Shown piece after piece: positions 59,515-64,000 of a DNA stretch of 64,000 bases. Location: assembly GCA_965261485.1 (NCBI GenBank), contig CBDHCY010000005.1, positions 1,359,616 through 1,423,615 of the forward strand, read 5' to 3'. Every line of letters starts with the position of its first letter. Positions within the stretch are counted from its first letter, which is position 1. A model generated the notes under the pieces. The model searched no databases. It was given only the letters and a program-made list of their open reading frames with translations, and was not told the DNA's origin. This DNA is from Leptospiria bacterium (GTDB lineage: Bacteria > Spirochaetota > Leptospiria > Turneriellales > CBDBES01). Made by a program: the position numbers and the translations under genes.

Positions 59515-60371
59515 CAGCTTAAACCTTTTAACTTTAAAATTATTTTAGGAATATCATAAAGATAGCGGACTTCAGCTTTTAATACTTCTGCTGATTTACC
59601 ATAGATGATAGTAGGAACAAAATTATTTGTATGATGTTTACTACTGAGATCCTCAAAATTTCCGTGATCAGAACTCAATATGAATAAATCATTATCTATA
59701 TTTATTTCTTCCCAAATCCCCTCCATAAAATTTTCAATATGTTTAACAACTCTTTTTGCCGCTCCTAGACTTTGAGCATGTCCAATTTTATCAGTGATAA
59801 AATATTCATAGATTATTAAATCATAATCTTGTGCTAATTGAATTAATTTTCTTCCTGTTATTTTGGCTGAGATCATAGGTATTTGTATACCTTGTTGCCT
59901 CAAAAACCAGTTTGTTAAATCCATATAAAGACTTTTTCCGTTGATATAATCATTTATTGTAAAAAAAGGCTGTCCACTTGACATTTGCATAATTGATGAT
60001 GCCGACATTAATCTTTCATTTTTTTTAGAATTTATTTTATTGAGATACCAATCAGAATAAGAGTTAATAAGAGTAGCACGTTTACCTGCATTTAGCATTT
60101 TTTTTAATAATGATTGTTGTTTTAGGTAAGGTCTTAGTGAGTATGTTGGAAATCCATTAACATGTCTCCCCATGACCGCTGCACCATTAAACCCGGTGAA
60201 AAGAGCTACTTGCCCTGTAGCAGATTGAGGGAATCCGCTAAAACCCATATGAGCATCTGTTTGTATCAGCTCACCCGGAGGGCGAAACGAAGATGAACAT
60301 CCTCCCAAGGCTGAAAAAAAATAAGTTTGAAATCTACTAAAAGGATTATTTGAAGTGTCTTTATACCCCAA
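59496..60371 (-). CDS. Alkaline-phosphatase-superfamily metalloenzyme (phosphomutase/phosphatase-like); true start probably upstream of the track start
   Basis: 291 aa track ORF with a TTG start and SSDHGN near the C-terminus. The same frame stays open upstream and encodes ...ILPKSIIFVFFDGVGLG, a typical metal-binding N-terminal motif. Confidence 0.6.
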   Translation of the reverse strand: MGYKDTSNNPFSRFQTYFFSALGGCSSSFRPPGELIQTDAHMGFSGFPQSATGQVALFTGFNGAAVMGRHVNGFPTYSLRPYLKQQSLLKKMLNAGKRATLINSYSDWYLNKINSKKNERLMSASSIMQMSSGQPFFTINDYINGKSLYMDLTNWFLRQQGIQIPMISAKITGRKLIQLAQDYDLIIYEYFITDKIGHAQSLGAAKRVVKHIENFMEGIWEEINIDNDLFILSSDHGNFEDLSSKHHTNNFVPTIIYGKSAEVLKAEVRYLYDIPKIILKLKGLSWCGEPL

Positions 60372-60441
60372 CCCTACACCATCAAAAAAAACAAAAATAA
60401 TTGATTTAGGCAGAATGAATCTCTAAATCACCAACAAACTT

Positions 60442-62358
60442 TCACTTTTTTTTTAGAATTTTTCCTTTTGGTAATTTTGATTTTGATTTTTGAGGGACTA
60501 ATTTTTTCTTAGATATTTTTGGCTTTCCAAAAATAAGCTCTCTTACCCTATCACCAGTAACCGTTTCTTCTTCTAGCAAAACTCCCGCAATTTTATTCAA
60601 TTCTCGCTTATATTTTATTAATAAAGCACGTCCTTTTTTAGCTGATGTATCTATAATTTTTTTTATCTCAATATCAACCAAGCGAGCGTATTCATTAGAA
60701 TACGCTACACTTTTAGCATAATCTCTACCTAAAAATACAGAATTATTATCCCCCCCCCCCAAATTAATTGGCCCAATAGTGCTTGACATACCCCATTCAG
60801 TAACCATTTTTCTAGCAATATTAGTCGCTCTCTCAATATCATTAGACGCACCTGTTGTCGTATCACTAAATTGAATTGACTCAGCGAGATACCCTCCCAT
60901 TAAAACAACAACTTCATCTAACCAAAATTTTTTTGATTTCATATGCCTTTCTTCTTTAGGTAATTGTTGTGTTATACCTAATGCCCTACCCCGAGGAATA
61001 ATCGTCACCTTATGAACAGGATCTATATTTTTAAGCACTGTAGAAAGAAGAGCATGACCACCTTCATGATAAGCAATAATTTCTTTTTCTTCACTTGTAA
61101 TAAAAAATGATTTTCTTTCTGGCCCCATCATCACTTTATCACGAGCTTCTTCAAAATCAAGTTGAAAAACTTTCTTTTTTCCTCTTTTGACCGCACACAG
61201 GGCTGCCTCATTAGCAAGATTAGCCAAATCAGCACCTGTAAAACCAGGAGTACCTCTCGCAATATCTTCAAGTGACACCTCAGACGCTAGGGGAATTTTT
61301 GTAGAATGAATCGCCAAGATTTTAGTTCGACCTTTAACATCTGGAGTATCAACAATAATCTGCCTATCAAAACGCCCAGGCCTCAGAAGAGCTGGATCTA
61401 AAACATCTGGACGATTTGTAGCAGCCAGTAATATAATTCCAGCACTATCTTCAAACCCATCCATCTCTACCAATAGTTGGTTTAAAGTCTGTTCTCTCTC
61501 ATCATGACCTCCACCAAGACCGGCACCACGTAGCCTTCCCACTGCATCAATCTCATCAATAAAAACAATACAAGGTAACTGTTTTTTGGCTTGTTGAAAC
61601 ATATCTCGAACACGACTAGCTCCAACACCTACAAACATCTCTACAAAATCAGATCCGGAAATTGAAAAAAATGGAACATCCGCCTCACCCGCACAAGCTC
61701 TTGCTAATAAAGTTTTACCTGTTCCGGGAGGTCCCACTAATAAAACACCCTTAGGTATTTTTGCCCCTATTTCATGAAATTTTTTAGGTTCCTTGAGAAA
61801 TTCCACAATTTCTGCTAATTCCTCTTTAGCCTCTTCCACTCCAGCAATATCTTTAAAAGTTACCTTTTTTTTGTCATTAACCCTGAGCTTAGCCTTTGAT
61901 TTACCAAAACTAAGAGCACGATTACCTGTCGACTGCAATTGTCGCATAAGCATCATCCAAAAAAAGCCGATAATAAGAACCCAAGGTAAAACATATGTTA
62001 TCGAACGCCAGAAAAGATTTTCCTCTTTTGGAACCCCTTTAAAAGCAATTTTATTATCTTTCAGACGAGAGATTAAAGCTTCATCAGAATATGCAATATA
62101 AGTCATAAAAGCAGTTTCTTTATTAACCGCAGGGTCAGTATAGTAACCCTTAATAAGATTTTCCTGAATAAACAATGTTTTTTCGGCATCAGTACCCGTA
62201 ACAATTCGCTTCTGTTCAACCAACTGTAAAAATCTTGAGTATGATATTTCTTTACTGGGGGATTTAGTTGTGTTAATTACCTGATAAAATACAAGAGAAC
62301 CCAAAAAAACAAGCAATATAAGAGAAATATTTTTTAAATTTTTACTCATACTAAACAA
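60442..62358 (-). CDS. ftsH: ATP-dependent zinc metalloprotease FtsH
   Basis: 638 aa with an N-terminal TM pair. The AAA+ module has Walker A GPPGTGKT, Walker B IVFIDEID and [21 protein letters not shown]. The Zn motif is HEGGHAL. Coordinates come from the ORF track, and my manual reading places the stop at 60427-60429 (see the rejected-items note). Confidence 0.97.
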   Translation of the reverse strand: MFSMSKNLKNISLILLVFLGSLVFYQVINTTKSPSKEISYSRFLQLVEQKRIVTGTDAEKTLFIQENLIKGYYTDPAVNKETAFMTYIAYSDEALISRLKDNKIAFKGVPKEENLFWRSITYVLPWVLIIGFFWMMLMRQLQSTGNRALSFGKSKAKLRVNDKKKVTFKDIAGVEEAKEELAEIVEFLKEPKKFHEIGAKIPKGVLLVGPPGTGKTLLARACAGEADVPFFSISGSDFVEMFVGVGASRVRDMFQQAKKQLPCIVFIDEIDAVGRLRGAGLGGGHDEREQTLNQLLVEMDGFEDSAGIILLAATNRPDVLDPALLRPGRFDRQIIVDTPDVKGRTKILAIHSTKIPLASEVSLEDIARGTPGFTGADLANLANEAALCAVKRGKKKVFQLDFEEARDKVMMGPERKSFFITSEEKEIIAYHEGGHALLSTVLKNIDPVHKVTIIPRGRALGITQQLPKEERHMKSKKFWLDEVVVLMGGYLAESIQFSDTTTGASNDIERATNIARKMVTEWGMSSTIGPINLGGGDNNSVFLGRDYAKSVAYSNEYARLVDIEIKKIIDTSAKKGRALLIKYKRELNKIAGVLLEEETVTGDRVRELIFGKPKISKKKLVPQKSKSKLPKGKILKKK

Positions 62359-62658
62359 TCTATCAGGGTCATTTTTAAAATTGATTTCAAATTTACTACT
62401 GATTTTTCATAATTAAATAATTGTTCAGTAAATTTAAATCTACTTTCATTTTAAGCTGTTTATTTCGTTTACATAAGATTTTCTTCGTCCCTTAAAAGCC
62501 TTGCTCCATTTAAATTTGCCTGATATTAAAGCTTTCATTCACTAAAAGCTAATTCTAAAAGTTCAAAACAATTAGTGCTTTACCAAATTTTGCTCAAAAC
62601 CTTTTATATATTTTATTTTCATAATCCTATGTTCCTAATGTGGATATCACTATCCACT

Positions 62659-62683
62659 AAACTAAATCAGGATGATATCCTGA
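62659..62683 (-). terminator. Candidate intrinsic terminator downstream of the YyaL-like gene
   Basis: The minus strand reads TCAGGAT-ATC-ATCCTGA (7 bp stem) followed by TTTAGTTT. A second perfect hairpin, GTGGATA-N4-TATCCAC, sits at 62640-62657. Confidence 0.4.
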
Positions 62684-62783
62684 AACAAGCAACTGTAGAT
62701 AATACCTAAGCTTGAAAAAAATATAAAACAAAACCTCCTCAAAAAATATATATTCTGTTGTTTCTAATAAAAAAAATTAATAG

Positions 62784-64000
62784 TTATAAAACAATTGGTT
62801 TTTGACAAAGAAAATCTTTGCAAATATAGACAGTTGTTTTACCTTCGAGCATTTTCATATCTTTTGTAAACTCAGCGATAGAAGCGTACCGTACTCGATT
62901 TTTTTCTTCAATTACAACTAAGCTTTGAAAGGGATCATACTTTTTTTTAAATTTTGATATCCCCTTTTGGGCGCTACGCAAATTTTTAGATATAATAACA
63001 ATTTGAGTGCGATTTTTAAGTAGATAATCTAAAGATAACATCATAAAAGAATAACTAGAGGGAGAACCTTTAAATATTTTATCTCCAGAATTAACCAACT
63101 GCAAAGCTAAATTTTTATAATTATGGTCACCTATGAGGTCAAATAGTCTGCCTAATGAGTAACAGGCGATTGAATTGCCTGAGGGTAATGCTCCATCGTA
63201 CCATTCCTTGTTTCTTAAGATAAATTTTTCTGATTTATTGGAAGTAAAAAAGAAAGCTCCCATTTTTTCATCCCAAAAAAGATTAATCATTGTGTCAGTT
63301 AGCTTAATCGCCTCTTCTAAATAAGAAACGTCAAACGTCACTTCGTAAAGCTCAATCAATGCCCAAATGATATGGGAATAATCATCAATATAACCATTGA
63401 TACTTGAAGTGCCATGGCAATGAAAATGAAAAAGTTCTTTGTTAGCAGTACGCATATGATTTAAAATGAAATTCATTGCACTTTTTGCTTCTTCCAAATA
63501 ACTTATTTCATTGAGAATAGAACCCGCTTTGGCTAAAGCTACAATCATTAAACCATTCCAGTCAGTTAAAATTTTGTCATCTTTATGCGGGCGAACTCTC
63601 TCTTCTCGCTTCAAAAAAAGTTTTTCTCTAATTATATTGAAGTCATCCTTCGTTTTATTGTCCTCATCAGTAAAACTTGTTTTCTTTTTTACTCTACTTG
63701 TAGTTAAATGAAATATATTGTTAAACGATAATTTTTTGTTCCCTTCTTCTAAATAATTTCCATCTTGTTTAATTCCATACATTTTTTCAACAAAAAGAAG
63801 CTCATCTTTATTCAATATTTCTTTAAGTTCCTTATAATTCCAAACATAAAACTTTCCTTCTTCTCCTTCGCTGTCAGCATCTTCTGCACAAAAGAAACCT
63901 CCTTTCTCCGATTTTAAATCACGAATAACGTATTTTATGATTTGTTTAGGTATTTCAGAGAAAGTAGTATCTTTAGTTATGGCAAAATATTCAACATAAA
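62784..64000 (-). CDS. Thioredoxin-domain / six-hairpin (DUF255, YyaL-like) protein, N-terminus beyond the window
   Basis: The frame is open to the window end. Manual translation upstream of the track start gives ...GGFFCAEDADSEGEEGKFYVWNYKELKEIL, typical of the YyaL/SPATA20 family. Confidence 0.7.
   Translation of the reverse strand, partial: YVEYFAITKDTTFSEIPKQIIKYVIRDLKSEKGGFFCAEDADSEGEEGKFYVWNYKELKEILNKDELLFVEKMYGIKQDGNYLEEGNKKLSFNNIFHLTTSRVKKKTSFTDEDNKTKDDFNIIREKLFLKREERVRPHKDDKILTDWNGLMIVALAKAGSILNEISYLEEAKSAMNFILNHMRTANKELFHFHCHGTSSINGYIDDYSHIIWALIELYEVTFDVSYLEEAIKLTDTMINLFWDEKMGAFFFTSNKSEKFILRNKEWYDGALPSGNSIACYSLGRLFDLIGDHNYKNLALQLVNSGDKIFKGSPSSYSFMMLSLDYLLKNRTQIVIISKNLRSAQKGISKFKKKYDPFQSLVVIEEKNRVRYASIAEFTKDMKMLEGKTTVYICKDFLCQKPIVL

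Noticed and set aside
60427-60444. Disagreement at the ftsH 3' end
   Set aside because: Reading the printed sequence by hand, the codon after ...ILKKK (60444-60442) is GTG. The frame then continues VKVCW to TGA at 60429-60427, whereas the ORF track ends the ORF at 60442. I could not reconcile the two, and the 5-codon difference does not affect the ftsH call. I kept the track coordinates and flag the discrepancy.

Overview
AT-rich window (about 30% GC by eye) from a Gram-negative, flagellated, respiring bacterium. Supporting genes are kdsA, an OMP porin, lipoproteins, fliD, nuo and the F1Fo ATPase. I cannot assign a lineage from sequence alone. Most of the window is tightly packed housekeeping DNA, largely on the minus strand. 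In order it holds thiD (partial), a GldF/GldG-like ABC pair, 5-formyl-THF cyclo-ligase and a complete atpI-like-BEFHAGDC operon. Then come amtB-glnK-porin, rpmA-obg, dapD, nuoG-nuoI, fliD, a hotdog thioesterase, DUF547, a GldA-like ABC ATPase and kdsA-surE. The rest is tRNA-Phe, pth, a GT2 gene, prepilin peptidase, a DksA-like gene, murF, miaB, dnaX, mrcA, DUF2064, plsC, ppx, an alkaline-phosphatase-superfamily gene, ftsH and a YyaL-like gene (partial). Three paralogous GLUG-repeat surface proteins are embedded in this backbone: 1810 aa, 1378 aa and a roughly 640 aa lipoprotein version. The most unusual locus is a 5.1 kb island at 31059-36153. Two co-directional Rpn/YhgA-like PD-(D/E)XK nuclease genes sit on ~1.18 kb direct repeats there. 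They bracket a visibly GC-richer cassette made of a leader ORF, the short GLUG lipoprotein gene and a non-coding repeat array. The leader ORF starts with an (ACTACAGA)x8 tract and its stop overlaps the lipoprotein start. The lipoprotein gene carries near-identical 105-108 bp internal repeats. The array has eight GC-rich 38-47 bp units. I read this as a candidate phase- or antigen-variation or excisable cassette system, but that is inference only. Several genes are interrupted by single-nucleotide lesions, mostly at homopolymers. These could be real pseudogenisation, contingency loci or assembly error.
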